This document shows, piece by piece, positions 39,792 through 50,507 of a stretch of 64,000 nucleotides of DNA. The stretch's first letter is position 1, and each line of letters starts with the position of its first letter. Source of the stretch: Sedimentisphaerales bacterium. Its GTDB lineage: Bacteria; Planctomycetota; Phycisphaerae; Sedimentisphaerales; SM23-30. Made by a program: the position numbers and the translations under genes. Location of the stretch: assembly GCA_963663805.2 (NCBI GenBank), contig CAXXMR010000009.1, positions 506,135-570,134 of the forward strand. The letters are read 5' to 3'. Under the pieces are notes generated by a model that was not told the DNA's origin, did no database searches, and was given only the letters and a program-made list of their open reading frames with translations.

Positions 39792-41240
39792 CAATCCTGT
39801 TCGGCACATTTATTGCTTTAGGCTTTTGGCCTCCTGTATTTTTTTTTAAAAAAACCCGAAATGTTAAGATAGGTAATTTGCGCTCGAGGGATATTTATGC
39901 TCTAATAGGAGGCATGAGTGCTAAGCGTCAGAAAATCAAGGAGCGGGACCTGCGTGGGTTCAAGTATTTCAAGTCCCTCTCGGCTCTGCTGAAAGGTCTT
40001 CACTCGGCGGGATGTGAGCGGGACCGGGCCGGCAATCGCACATTATTCATGGACCAGTATGTCAGTCTGCTGCTGTTATACATGTTCAATCCGATCTGCA
40101 GTTCCATCCGGTCTTTGCAGCAGGCCGGCGAGCTCAAAAAGGTACAGCGGCTGTTGGGTTGTTCGCGTGCTTCGCTGGGTTCGCTTTCGGAAGCATCCCG
40201 GGTTTTTGAGAGTTCTTTGTTAGAGCCGATAATCGCTCAACTCACTGAGCAGTTAGGGCCGATATCTCAGGACAAAAAACTGGAAGTCGGTCAGGTCATT
40301 ACCCTGGTGGACGGCAGCAGTATTCAGGCTTTGCAAAAACTCACTCAGGCTGCCTGGGACACCGACAAACCCGGAATTAAAGCACACACTCAGTTTGATC
40401 TGGAAAAATATGTGCCTCTGAAAATAAATATCAGTGAAGACAAGTCTGATGAGCGAAAGGTTTTTTTAGAGAATCTTCAGCCCGGCCGGATTTATGTCAA
40501 TGATCGCGGATATGCCTGTTTTAAGCTGTTTCAGGCCATTGTGGATAGTAAAAGCTCTTTTGTCTGTCGGCTGCGTGAGGATACGGTTTACGAAACTATT
40601 CAGGAAAAACCTTTAACTGAAGATGCTCGAAAAGCGGGGATAATTTTTGATCGTACGGTAATCGCCGGCAGCAGTGAAAAACTGCGGGAAGATTTCAAAC
40701 AACCGTTACGCCTGATAGCGGTTGAATGTCAACCGCATTTGAAACGGGGCCAGGGACCACGTCAGAGTGAGATGATTTTGATTGCCACCGACCGGCTGGA
40801 CCTGGACGCCGAAGTCATTGCCCTGCTCTATCAGAAACGCTGGGCCATCGAAATATTTTTCCGCTTTTTTAAGCATGTGCTGGGCTGCCGACATCTGCTA
40901 AGCCTCTGCGAAAACGGTATCGAACTACAGATGTACGCCGCGATTATCGCCTGTATGCTGATCAGCCTGTGGACGGGCAAAAAACCAACTTTAAGAACCT
41001 ACGAAATGCTCTGCTGGCACCTCTGCGGCATGGCCGACGAGCAAGAAATGCAGAACCATATCAATAAACTCCAAAGCCAAAACTAAGGCCGATCCTCAAA
41101 AAAATCGCCGCTGCCGCTGATGCTGCGCCAAAATAACCAGTGCCGACAGTCCCACTGAGGGGTAATCCCCGCTAAATCATATGAACTGCAAAGACCACAG
41201 AAAAACTGTATTTGAGCAATAAATGTGCCGAACAGGATTG
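39792..41240 (+). mobile_element. IS4-family element
   Basis: Perfect 26-bp IRs CAATCCTGTTCGGCACATTTATTGCT; 9-bp TSD GTTATTAGG (39783-39791, 41241-41249). Confidence 0.95.
39914..41086 (+). CDS. IS4-family transposase
   Basis: VDGS, DRGY, Y..RW.IE.FFR..K motif; AGGAGG RBS. Confidence 0.93.
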   Translation: MSAKRQKIKERDLRGFKYFKSLSALLKGLHSAGCERDRAGNRTLFMDQYVSLLLLYMFNPICSSIRSLQQAGELKKVQRLLGCSRASLGSLSEASRVFESSLLEPIIAQLTEQLGPISQDKKLEVGQVITLVDGSSIQALQKLTQAAWDTDKPGIKAHTQFDLEKYVPLKINISEDKSDERKVFLENLQPGRIYVNDRGYACFKLFQAIVDSKSSFVCRLREDTVYETIQEKPLTEDARKAGIIFDRTVIAGSSEKLREDFKQPLRLIAVECQPHLKRGQGPRQSEMILIATDRLDLDAEVIALLYQKRWAIEIFFRFFKHVLGCRHLLSLCENGIELQMYAAIIACMLISLWTGKKPTLRTYEMLCWHLCGMADEQEMQNHINKLQSQN

Positions 41241-41350
41241 GTTATTAGGGCCGTTTTTTGGGGATGGGGGTGCTTGGGGTTATACTATTTCTATGCTGTC
41301 CGGCGTTGGGCCGGGCTTTTTTTAGATTCTGGCACAGAAAGGTAGAACTC

Positions 41351-42261
41351 ATGAAGCAACGAATCGATTCCCCAAAACTCAGTACTGTCACTCCAGGCGG
41401 CAAATTACCCCAGATCGCTGAGGCCAACGTCCTCAGGGCTCAGTTTCTCAAGGACATGGAACTGGCCGGTTTGGCGGCGGAGTCGCGTCGAACCTATCTG
41501 GATGCGGTCGAGCAAATCGTCCGCTACTATTGGTGTGCTCCGAACGAACTCACCGAGCAGCAGGTCGCAGAGTATCTATTGGCACGGCATCGCCGTAACA
41601 TTCCTAAAGGCACTTTCAAGGTGTTACGGTTCGCCCTGAGATTCTTCTTCAATGAGACTCTGGGTAAAGACTGGCATCTTTTTTAAAAAAAATGCGTTCG
41701 TTATCTCAGTTCCGTTTACCCCGGGTTCTGGAACATAGCGACTGCCTGCAATTGATTCACGCGTTAGATCGCCCGATATATCGCTGCTGTCTGCAGATGA
41801 TGTATTCCTGCGGCCTGCGTTTGGGGGAGGCTGTCAAGATTGAAATTTCCGACATCGATAAGGCCACCGGCAATTTGACGGTCATTGGCAAGGGTAATTC
41901 CCAAAGACTGGTGCCGATTTCGCCCAGTACTCTATATTTGATGCGTATGTTCTGGAAAGGTCATCAGCATCCCAAATATCTTTTTCCCAGTCGCTATGGC
42001 AAGAGTCACATCACGGACAGTGCGGTTCGGAAGGCATTCAATCAAGCGGCCCAATCATTAGCGATCAAGGACGTAACTCCTCATATCCTGCGTCATAGTT
42101 TTGCCACGCGATTATTGGAAAATGGCGTGGATGTGCGTGTTGTCCAGATGCTTCTGGGGCACAGAAGCATTAAGTCAACTGAGATCTACACGCACATGAC
42201 CACGCCCATCCAAAACAAAGTTCGCAATACCATCGAGAAAATCATGACTCGCTCACCTTAA
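41351..42261 (+). CDS. Tyrosine recombinase (SAM-like N-domain + catalytic domain), split by a -1 shift at 41679-41692
   Basis: GLRLGE, GKG, HILRHSFAT, LGH...T.IY; N-domain in the upstream frame. Confidence 0.85.
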
Positions 42262-42273
42262 CTGGGCTGAGTC

Positions 42274-43389
42274 ATGTCCATCGAACTGGCCGACATCATG
42301 CGTCAGTTCGGTCCATTATACCTGCAGCGGTTCTCGGAGTCCATGCCTGTTTCGCACAAACAAGCGTTATTGGATATTCAGAGATGCCGTACCCCCGAAA
42401 TGGGTGGTCATGTTTACCAGTGTGATAATTGTGGCAAGAAATCATACGTCTTCCATGGCTGTCGCAACCGGCATTGTCCCGCCTGCCACCGGGAACAGAC
42501 CAGTATATGGCTCGAGCAACGCACTGCCGAATTGTTACCATGCGATTATTTTCACGTAACGGTGACATTACCGCAATCTCTGCGCACTGTGTTTCGCAGT
42601 AACCAAAAGCAGCTGTACTCGCTGCTGATGAAAACTGCCACCGATGCTCTAATTCAGTTGGCCGATGATCCCAAACATCTCGGGGCGAGAGTTGGTATTT
42701 TAGCGGTATTGCATACCTGGGGCAGCAATCTGAGCTATCATCCCCATGTTCATCTGCTGGTTACCGGCGGCGGGGTTGACCAGCAGGGCCGGTGGGTATC
42801 CTGCAAAAATAAATACCTGGTGCCGGTCCGGGCTCTTTCCAGATTGATCAGAGGCAAATTGGCCGCCAGACTCAGAAAGAACTATCCTGATCTTTACCAA
42901 CAGATAGATACTGCTGCCTGGGACAGAGACTGGGTCGTGCACAGTTTGCATTATGAGCAAGGCTCAAAAGCGGTCTTGAATTATCTGGGCCGTTATGTGT
43001 TTCGAATCGCGATTACCAATAATCGTATCCTGAGTATGGACAGCACGTATGTGACATTCAAGCATAAAGATCGACGGACCGGTAATTGGAAGATATTAAA
43101 ACTTGAGGGCTGTGAGTTTATCCGGCGGTATCTGCAGCACGTATTGCCAAAGGGCTTTCATAAGGTGCGTTACTATGGGATCTGGCATCCTTCCAATCGG
43201 CATAATGTCAAAAAACTGATCTGTTCATTGGCCGTTACCGAACAGATGCCGGAGTCGACATTGATGCTCAGTGCACCGGAATCAGATGACGAAAAAACTC
43301 CCGAGCAACCACTGAAGTGCCTTCATTGCGGCAGTAAACAATTGCAGTTGATCGAAACGCTGCCTAGACACCGAGCCCGCAGTCCGTAA
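42274..43389 (+). CDS. IS91-family transposase (Zn-binding domain + Y2 HUH)
   Basis: CRT...C..C...CRNRHCP.C, HTWG...HPHVH, YLGRY, VRYYG, ends RARSP. Confidence 0.92.
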   Translation: MSIELADIMRQFGPLYLQRFSESMPVSHKQALLDIQRCRTPEMGGHVYQCDNCGKKSYVFHGCRNRHCPACHREQTSIWLEQRTAELLPCDYFHVTVTLPQSLRTVFRSNQKQLYSLLMKTATDALIQLADDPKHLGARVGILAVLHTWGSNLSYHPHVHLLVTGGGVDQQGRWVSCKNKYLVPVRALSRLIRGKLAARLRKNYPDLYQQIDTAAWDRDWVVHSLHYEQGSKAVLNYLGRYVFRIAITNNRILSMDSTYVTFKHKDRRTGNWKILKLEGCEFIRRYLQHVLPKGFHKVRYYGIWHPSNRHNVKKLICSLAVTEQMPESTLMLSAPESDDEKTPEQPLKCLHCGSKQLQLIETLPRHRARSP

Positions 43390-43846
43390 GCCGCCATGGT
43401 CTTGAACATCTTTTGCCATCACATCGAACAATGACCCAGCGAACAAAATCGCCCGGAATGAACCACAAAGTTCGGGACTACGTCACCGGTATGCGCCGAA
43501 GAGACCAAAGCTCGCAAAAAGCATGATGCCGATACCCGCAGAAACATAAAAAACGCCCAAAACACCAACCCAAAAAACGCTTCGAAACACCCAACCAACC
43601 CACGCGTTCAGTACAACTAGGTTTTCAAGGCGGTTAAAACGCCTCGAAAAACCATAATTAGTTCATGGTTAGTGAATTTTGAGGTATATTTTGGTTGGAA
43701 GTGCCGCTTGGGGCGTTTGACCTCCGGAAAACCAAGGCAAAGTGCAAATTGTCAATGGGCGCTTGAAAACCGGCCAGGTTGGGGCGCTGCAAAACCGGCC
43801 ACTTTGATTATGGGTTTATAAATGTTGGTGGGGGTTTTTGCAAGGG

Positions 43847-44611
43847 TTAATCTTCTTTTTTTGGATTTTCGGGGTCGGATTGCTTTTTCTTGTTTTTCAG
43901 ACGATAGCTTCTGCCGGTGATTTGGACTATTTCGGAATGATGCAGGAAGCGGTCCAGGATGGCGGTGGCTGAGGGCACATCGCCCAGAAGTTTGCCCCAA
44001 TCTTCCAGCGGGCGGTTACTGGTCATGATTGTCGAACGGACTTCATATCTTTGCATGATCACTTCAAAAAGATACTCGCCGCTGTTTCGGGGCAATTGTT
44101 TCATGCCCATGTCATCGATTATCAGCAGGTCGGGTTTCAGATACTTCGCCAAAACTTTGTCTATCTGTCCCAAAGCTTCATCCTGCATAAAATCGCGTAC
44201 CAGATCGAAGATCGAACGATAGCGAACCGTATGGCCGTTCTTAATTGCCTGATAACCCAAAGCCTGGGCCAAATGACTTTTGCCGGTGCCGGGTGGTCCC
44301 AGGAATAATATATCGTTACCCTGACGGATAAATTTGCAACAGGCAAAATCGTAGATCTGTTTTCGTTTAATGGTATTGTTGAACTGCCAGTCGAAATCTT
44401 CCAGGGTTTTTAATTCTCGAAACCCGGCCTGCTTAATTCTTCTCTGCATGAGTCTTTCATCTCTAATGAGAAGTTCATCCTGCAAAATCAGTTCTAAAAA
44501 CTGATCGTATGAAAGCTGATTACCTACCGCTTCCTGGATACGAATTTCCAGCGAAGATGCCAGGCCGGACAATCGTAATTTCCTTAACGATGTTAACAAT
44601 GATTCCTGCAT
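43847..44611 (-). CDS. istB: IS21 helper ATPase
   Basis: GPPGTGKSH, IIDDMG, AILDRFLHH; AAGGAG RBS. Confidence 0.93.
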   Translation of the reverse strand: MQESLLTSLRKLRLSGLASSLEIRIQEAVGNQLSYDQFLELILQDELLIRDERLMQRRIKQAGFRELKTLEDFDWQFNNTIKRKQIYDFACCKFIRQGNDILFLGPPGTGKSHLAQALGYQAIKNGHTVRYRSIFDLVRDFMQDEALGQIDKVLAKYLKPDLLIIDDMGMKQLPRNSGEYLFEVIMQRYEVRSTIMTSNRPLEDWGKLLGDVPSATAILDRFLHHSEIVQITGRSYRLKNKKKQSDPENPKKED

Positions 44612-44736
44612 GTTTGTGCTCCTTGATTTGAAGGTTAGTAAAACAAATATTCCGTTTTCCCTTCTCGCCCAAAGGTGGAGGTTAAATGGCGGGGTTTGGG
44701 GCCGGCCCCAAGTAAAAATAGTTGCCGCAGGCATCC

Positions 44737-46347
44737 TTAATATTCATGATCTCCAAATGTTGTCAAAGTGACAAATTCCTGATAATCGCTCATATCACGA
44801 ATAATCGGATGTTCATCGATAAAGTTCATCATCTGCTGGTCCGGGATATCCTGATCTAATATTTTTTGAATAGTTTGCAACCGCCAGGCTCCGTGATTGA
44901 GGGCTTTACGACAGGCATCATCTATTTGCTTAGGCGAATACGTGCCGCTCAGGCTCAATAGACCTAATATAGCTCTTTGGCCGGTTACGCCCCGGATTTC
45001 AAATAACTGCTTGGCCCAACGATGACTATGCTTACCGAGCAAAGCTGTTCTTTGGATCAGCCATTGGGCACCTTTTTCAATTTGGCTTTGTTTATGGGGA
45101 TGGATATGCTGCTGGTTAGTCTGAAATCTGCCCGGTTCAACTTTGCTGTGCAGAGCGATCTGTTCCATTTTATGGTTGAATACCCGAACCAGACGGCTGT
45201 CCCAACGCACCCATACTTGATGACCCACAAATTCCGGCGGAACCGAATAGTATGATTTATCAACTTCGACATGGCCATCGCGATGAACACTGCGTTTGCC
45301 TTCGTTAAAGGACGGGAAATAACTTTCCGGCAAAGATTTCAAGGCCGGCTTTTCGATTTCCAGAAAAACCTTCTCGACCTGCTGACGGGTAGTACCGTGA
45401 ATACGTTTGTCTGCAATGCTCTTTTCCCAATGCAGAAGATGGGCGTTCTGCTGATTAAGGCAATCAAAATCTCGGCCTTTAAGAGCATTGGACTTAACAT
45501 AATTTATACCATTCTCGACTTTGCCTTTGTGACGAGGCATATATGGTTTAGTGGGCAGGATGGCGGTACCGTAATGAACATAAAAAGATTGAACCTTGGG
45601 TACGACCTCCGGATCATACCAGTCTGCCCGCGTTACCGCCGCCTTGAGATTGTCAATTACAATGGTTTGCGGCACCCCGCCGAAATACCAGAAGGCCTTT
45701 TCCAGACAACGCAAAAAACTATCGGTACTCTGATGGAATACCGTTTCACTGTAGGCTTTGCGGGAACAACTCAGGACGATCCGGAAGACGTAACTTCTTT
45801 TGCGTTTGCCGTTGGGCAGAGGAATATATCGGGCAGTACCGAAATCAATCTGAGCTTCCAGACCTGGCGAACATTCCAGACGCCGAAAAGGCAGAGGATT
45901 GGTGTGCCGCAGCTTGCCAACGTAACGCCGTACGCTGTAGTAGCTGCCGGTGAAATTATGGTCCGCTGCCAGATCCTGGTAAATTCGCTGAGCAGAGAGT
46001 TCCTGCTGAACCATCGGGATGATCAATTCGTGGTATTGGACACATTGACTGGTAGAACCGGGCGGAATCGAGATAGAATCGACCTCAGAGCCGGGGGACG
46101 CCTTGGCCGGTTTTGAATCCCCCAGGGGCGCCCCGTACGGAGCAGATGCCGCCTGCCTGTCGACTGGCTTAGTCGATTCGCCTTCGGAAGGCCCGTCATC
46201 GTTGCCTGGCACCTCACGAAGCCGCCAATACCGGGCCACCGTCTCCCTGTGAATGCCTAACTCCCGTTCAATACGACGGTTAGACCAGCCACGATCCTTG
46301 AGTTGTAATACCGTTTGTACCTGTGCCATCGTCAAATAGTTCGCCAT
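44737..46347 (-). CDS. istA: IS21 transposase
   Basis: HTH, EAQIDFG, DNLKAAV, HKGKVE. Confidence 0.93.
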   Translation of the reverse strand: MANYLTMAQVQTVLQLKDRGWSNRRIERELGIHRETVARYWRLREVPGNDDGPSEGESTKPVDRQAASAPYGAPLGDSKPAKASPGSEVDSISIPPGSTSQCVQYHELIIPMVQQELSAQRIYQDLAADHNFTGSYYSVRRYVGKLRHTNPLPFRRLECSPGLEAQIDFGTARYIPLPNGKRKRSYVFRIVLSCSRKAYSETVFHQSTDSFLRCLEKAFWYFGGVPQTIVIDNLKAAVTRADWYDPEVVPKVQSFYVHYGTAILPTKPYMPRHKGKVENGINYVKSNALKGRDFDCLNQQNAHLLHWEKSIADKRIHGTTRQQVEKVFLEIEKPALKSLPESYFPSFNEGKRSVHRDGHVEVDKSYYSVPPEFVGHQVWVRWDSRLVRVFNHKMEQIALHSKVEPGRFQTNQQHIHPHKQSQIEKGAQWLIQRTALLGKHSHRWAKQLFEIRGVTGQRAILGLLSLSGTYSPKQIDDACRKALNHGAWRLQTIQKILDQDIPDQQMMNFIDEHPIIRDMSDYQEFVTLTTFGDHEY

Positions 46348-46530
46348 TTTGTGCCTCTGATAACCTGAGTTTTTACCCAGATTAACAAAGACAAACATTT
46401 CAACTATTCAATTTTGGCCGGTTTTCAAGCGCCCCTCATTGGCCGGTTTTGAGCGCCCCTTGACACCGCGGCTAAATATTGTCGTTGTTTGTGTTGTTTT
46501 GAATTTTGAGTTTTGAGTTTTGAATTTGTT

Positions 46531-48120
46531 GTAACACTTTAGCCAAGTGAAGCAGAGAACTCCGCGAGTTTTGGCAATTTGCCGGTTTTGATGTATGTTC
46601 GCAGGGCTTTTTTGATGGTAGCAACCGGGTTTAGGCCGCGTTGTTTCAGGGTAAAAAACACGCTCATCAGCACCGATTGCGTTCGGGCTCCACGGTCGCT
46701 GCGGTTGTTATAGCTGTTCTTTCGCATGATCACCGCGCCGCGAATGCTGCGTTCGCCAAAATTATTATCGAACGGCACCTCGCGATTGCTCAGAAAAGTG
46801 AACAGCTCATCATGATGGCGTTTCAAACGCTTAATCAACCGCTGAGCTTCCTTGTTCGACCACTCATGCGCGATAATAAGATCCAAGCGTTTTTCGATTC
46901 GTTGGCAGCGCCGCTGGTAAACCGTCGCATCCAGTTCATCGATGCGTTTACGCAGGCGTATCGCGTCGCGAATTAATCGTTTGAGTTTTTTGGAGAACCT
47001 CGGCCAATCGCCGCTGTGGTCTTTGGCTTTCCAGACTCGCTCCAAATCACGCAGTAAGTGAACCAGGCACTTTTGTTTGGCGCATGACAATACATTGTAA
47101 GCATACCAGAAGTCACTTACGAACACGCCGTTGAAACATTCTTTGATAAATTCCAAAACCACCGGCCCGGCCCGCGACTGCTCGACCGTAAAAATCGTGG
47201 CTTGATGGCTGGTAAAGCACCATAACCAATGCGTTTTACCGTTTACCCGCCAGCCGGTCTCATCGCCGTGCAGGACACCGGCTTTTTGAATGTCCTCGAT
47301 TATTTCTTCGTACCAGGCCAGGAGTATATCCGCTAAACGATGCCACATCTGGACTAATCCGCCCGGCGACATCTTAAACCGGAGATGAAAATTAAACACC
47401 TCCAGGATCTGCGCTATCGTATTGCCCAACGCAAAGTGGAGCCAGGCACACAAAACCACAATACCATTGCCAATAGATGATTTTGGCAGAGCATCGGTTA
47501 CGATCGGCTCAACCGCCTTGCGACAGTTCGGACACCAGTCGCGATGAATAACATGCTTTACCGTCTCAACGCGAACATCTTCCGGGATGTCTTCGATGAT
47601 TCGTTCACGTGTGCCGGAACATTTTTTCAGTTCGCCGCCGCAGTCCGGACAACATGAAGCGCGATGTTCTTCGGTACGGTCTATTTGGGTCGGCAGATTG
47701 CGGCGAGTACCTTGATGCCCTTTTTTACGGCCAAACTTTTTGCCGCGTTTTTTATCTGTTTTGTTCGGCTTGACAAAAACCGGCTTCTGACCTGAGGGAC
47801 ACGAAGGATCAGCCGGACTGCCGGCAACTAACGTACCTTGTGTTTTTTCCGCTGCCAGTTTCGACAGTCTCAGCAAAACAAAAACCACCGCCTCTCTGCC
47901 TTGCTCGTAAATAAGCTCAGCCTGCTCCGCAGTCAATTCCTGCTCTAAGGCCAGGTCGGCGATAGCCTGTTCAGCATTCGGCTTCATCATGCTGAAACTA
48001 TAAACCATTACACGCAATAGCGCAAATTACCCATCTTAACATTTTGAAGTTTTTTTGTCTTTTTTTTGCACAAGCCAACCCAAAAGCTATAGAATTTGCT
48101 TCACTTGGCTAAAATGTTAC
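46531..48120 (-). mobile_element. IS66-family element (single-ORF type)
   Basis: 24-bp IRs GTAACA[C/T]TTTAGCCAAGTGAAGCA; 8-bp TSD AATTTGTT. Confidence 0.95.
46539..48017 (-). CDS. IS66 transposase
   Basis: CPDCG Zn ribbon, HGDETGW, VSD, CLVHLLR, DNN.GERSIR. Confidence 0.93.
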   Translation of the reverse strand: MRVMVYSFSMMKPNAEQAIADLALEQELTAEQAELIYEQGREAVVFVLLRLSKLAAEKTQGTLVAGSPADPSCPSGQKPVFVKPNKTDKKRGKKFGRKKGHQGTRRNLPTQIDRTEEHRASCCPDCGGELKKCSGTRERIIEDIPEDVRVETVKHVIHRDWCPNCRKAVEPIVTDALPKSSIGNGIVVLCAWLHFALGNTIAQILEVFNFHLRFKMSPGGLVQMWHRLADILLAWYEEIIEDIQKAGVLHGDETGWRVNGKTHWLWCFTSHQATIFTVEQSRAGPVVLEFIKECFNGVFVSDFWYAYNVLSCAKQKCLVHLLRDLERVWKAKDHSGDWPRFSKKLKRLIRDAIRLRKRIDELDATVYQRRCQRIEKRLDLIIAHEWSNKEAQRLIKRLKRHHDELFTFLSNREVPFDNNFGERSIRGAVIMRKNSYNNRSDRGARTQSVLMSVFFTLKQRGLNPVATIKKALRTYIKTGKLPKLAEFSASLG

Positions 48121-48192
48121 AATTTGTTTAGGATTTAGAGTTTAGTGCTTAGGGTTTCCAGTTTATCTGGGTTCGGATTTAGGATTTAATTT

Positions 48193-49767
48193 TTAGCGTG
48201 CCCACAACTCCCGCAACTCCACACTCCCTAAAACCCGCGACCCCACACCATAAACCACCACACACTCCAAAACCTGAACCAGCACCTGAATCCCCGCCGA
48301 ACACTCCCCCACCAGCGGCAAAGTAAACCACGCCCCCAAAGACATAATCAACGTCGTAAAAATAGTACGCCGCAGACAAACCCGCACTTCATCGTCAATA
48401 ACCAACTCCCCGCGCTTAATCAAAATCCACGTCAAAACCGCCACCTGCAACGCCGCACAAACTGCCGTCGATAACGCCAGCCCCCCCGTCCCCAACGGAA
48501 ATATCAGCACGCAGTTCAGCACCACATTCAAAAGCATAACCCGCACCGCCACCCGCACCGGCGTAACCGGATCCTTCAACGCGTAAAACGCCCGAGCCAC
48601 CAGCATCTGCAAACAATAAACCCCAATCCCCAATGCGTAAAATACCAGCGTCCACGCCGTAAGTCCCGTATCAATCGAACTGAAATTCTTCCGCCCAAAC
48701 GCCAGCTCACACAACGGCAGCGCCACCAGCATCATCCCCGCCGTCGCCGGCAGCCCAATAAAAATCACCATCCGCAGCCCTTGACTGAACGTCCGCGAAA
48801 ACCCCGCCCGGTCATCCTCAGAAGCGTAACTGCTCAACATCGGAAAAATCGCCGTAGCGATCGCCACCCCAAAAACCCCCAAAGGAAACTGATACAACCG
48901 CTGCGCCCCGTAAAGATGAGCCACCGAACCTTCCATCACCGGATAATCAATCACATAACCAAACAAACTAAACGTCGCCCCCGAATCCGGCGTAGCCGAA
49001 AAAAACATCGCGATAATCCCGTCCAGCAGCGTATTTATCTGCATCACCGACAGCCCCAGCACCATTGGTGCCATCAGCATTACAATTCGTTTGATATCCG
49101 TGTCTCCAAAAACAAAGCGAGGCCGAACCAACAGACCGCACCGCGCCAAAGTGAAATATTGCAATACCAGCTGCAAAAATCCCGCCGCGATAACCGCCCA
49201 GGCCACCCCCCGCAACTGCTCCAGCCCCGTCTCACCAAAATAATCCCGAAAATAAACCACCGCCGCGATTATCGTAGCGTTAAGAATTATCGGAGCCGCC
49301 GCCGGGGCCGCGAAATGACGATGAACATTCAATAGCCCACCCAATATCGCCACCGTACAAATCAAAATCATATAAGGCAGCATAATCAAAGCATAACCCA
49401 ACATCGCCGCATGTTTATCCGTACCATCTCCCACCCGATACAGCACCGCGATAACCCCATAGCCAACCAGCGTCAAAGCCCCCAGAATAATCACCAGCAA
49501 AGTAACCACACTGCAAGCCAAATGACCCGCACCATCCCGGTCCTTACCCAGCCGATCCGTATAAACCGGTATCAAAGCCGCCGAAAGAGCCCCTTCCCCG
49601 AAAAGCCGACGAAACAAATTAGGTATCTGAAAAGGTATCGCAAAATAATGCCAGACCGCCGCCCCAAAATAACTCAAACATATAGCGTCACGAATAAACC
49701 CCAATACCCGACTAACCAGCGTAAGCACACCGATAAGCCGCGCTGCACTAATAAAATGTCTGCTCAT
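48193..49767 (-). CDS. murJ: Lipid II flippase MurJ
   Basis: SRVLGFIRD, PNLFRRLFGEGAL, RLYQFPLGVF, RAFYALKD. Confidence 0.93.
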   Translation of the reverse strand: MSRHFISAARLIGVLTLVSRVLGFIRDAICLSYFGAAVWHYFAIPFQIPNLFRRLFGEGALSAALIPVYTDRLGKDRDGAGHLACSVVTLLVIILGALTLVGYGVIAVLYRVGDGTDKHAAMLGYALIMLPYMILICTVAILGGLLNVHRHFAAPAAAPIILNATIIAAVVYFRDYFGETGLEQLRGVAWAVIAAGFLQLVLQYFTLARCGLLVRPRFVFGDTDIKRIVMLMAPMVLGLSVMQINTLLDGIIAMFFSATPDSGATFSLFGYVIDYPVMEGSVAHLYGAQRLYQFPLGVFGVAIATAIFPMLSSYASEDDRAGFSRTFSQGLRMVIFIGLPATAGMMLVALPLCELAFGRKNFSSIDTGLTAWTLVFYALGIGVYCLQMLVARAFYALKDPVTPVRVAVRVMLLNVVLNCVLIFPLGTGGLALSTAVCAALQVAVLTWILIKRGELVIDDEVRVCLRRTIFTTLIMSLGAWFTLPLVGECSAGIQVLVQVLECVVVYGVGSRVLGSVELRELWAR

Positions 49768-50015
49768 CCCGGCATAGTATCTGCAAACCCCATCCCCGTC
49801 AACTACCCCTAAAAAACACCCCAAAAAATCCCCATCACTAACAAAAGCCGCCCCGCGTAAGCAACCGGATAAGACCACCAACCAGCATATCCACCCCAGG
49901 GGCCAGTCCATAAAAAAAATCCGACAAAGGAGGCACCTCGCCGTTAATCTGACCTCTTGCCTTCTTCCCTCCTTTCAGAGCCGCGCACGTAAGTAAGCGT
50001 TGCCGTTGCCGTTAA

Positions 50016-50394
50016 ATTAAAACCCTCAACTTTGTTGCTGGCACAACCACAGCCTCTGGCGTATCAGTAACTTCTACAACTGCTGGCAAAATAGGTGCAG
50101 CTCTAGGTTCCTCTGCTGCCGGTGCCTTAAGTGCCACAATTACCGGCGGCGACCCCGGCATGTCAGCAATTGCAGGTGGCATTACCGCCGGTGTAGGTGG
50201 AGGGTTAGGGCTGGGAGGAGCCGAGATAGGCAGTTCCGACTGGTTTGGCCAGTTAGCAGTTTCTTCTGGCATAGGCGCTACCGTAGGCGGTACAATGGCA
50301 GAAATAAACGGCGGAGATTTTTGGAAGGGTGCTGGCATGGCCGCTGCAAACGCAGCAGCTGGTTTTGTTATTTCATCAATAGTTGGGGGAATTA
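50016..50394 (+). pseudogene. Gly/Ala-rich fragment resembling the post-core linker of RHS/polymorphic toxins
   Basis: Frame open from 50016 with no start; GGTMAEINGGDFWKGA motif; ends at the IS/IR junction. Confidence 0.55.
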
Positions 50395-50507
50395 AGAAAC
50401 TATGAAAGCCAGATGCTCCGGGACGAATTATGTTATAATCGTCCCGGCGTGGTTGCCGCTGGGGCACCACAACTTTATTCTTCACAAGGATTAAGGAGCA
50501 TCTGACC

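Larger units (their letters stand above)
39727..43618 (+). mobile_element. Tyrosine recombinase + IS91-family (Y2) transposase unit, interrupted by IS4
   Basis: 14-bp terminal IRs AGTTGTACT[A/G]AACG (39727-39740, 43605-43618) around the two genes. Confidence 0.7.
43750..46465 (-). mobile_element. IS21-family element 2
   Basis: TGTCAA...TTGACA ends with tandem GGGCGCTnnAAAACCGGCCA-type boxes; no TSD visible. Confidence 0.92.

Noticed and set aside
46490..48190. CRISPR array
   Set aside because: Only degenerate heptamers; no repeat-spacer periodicity and no cas genes
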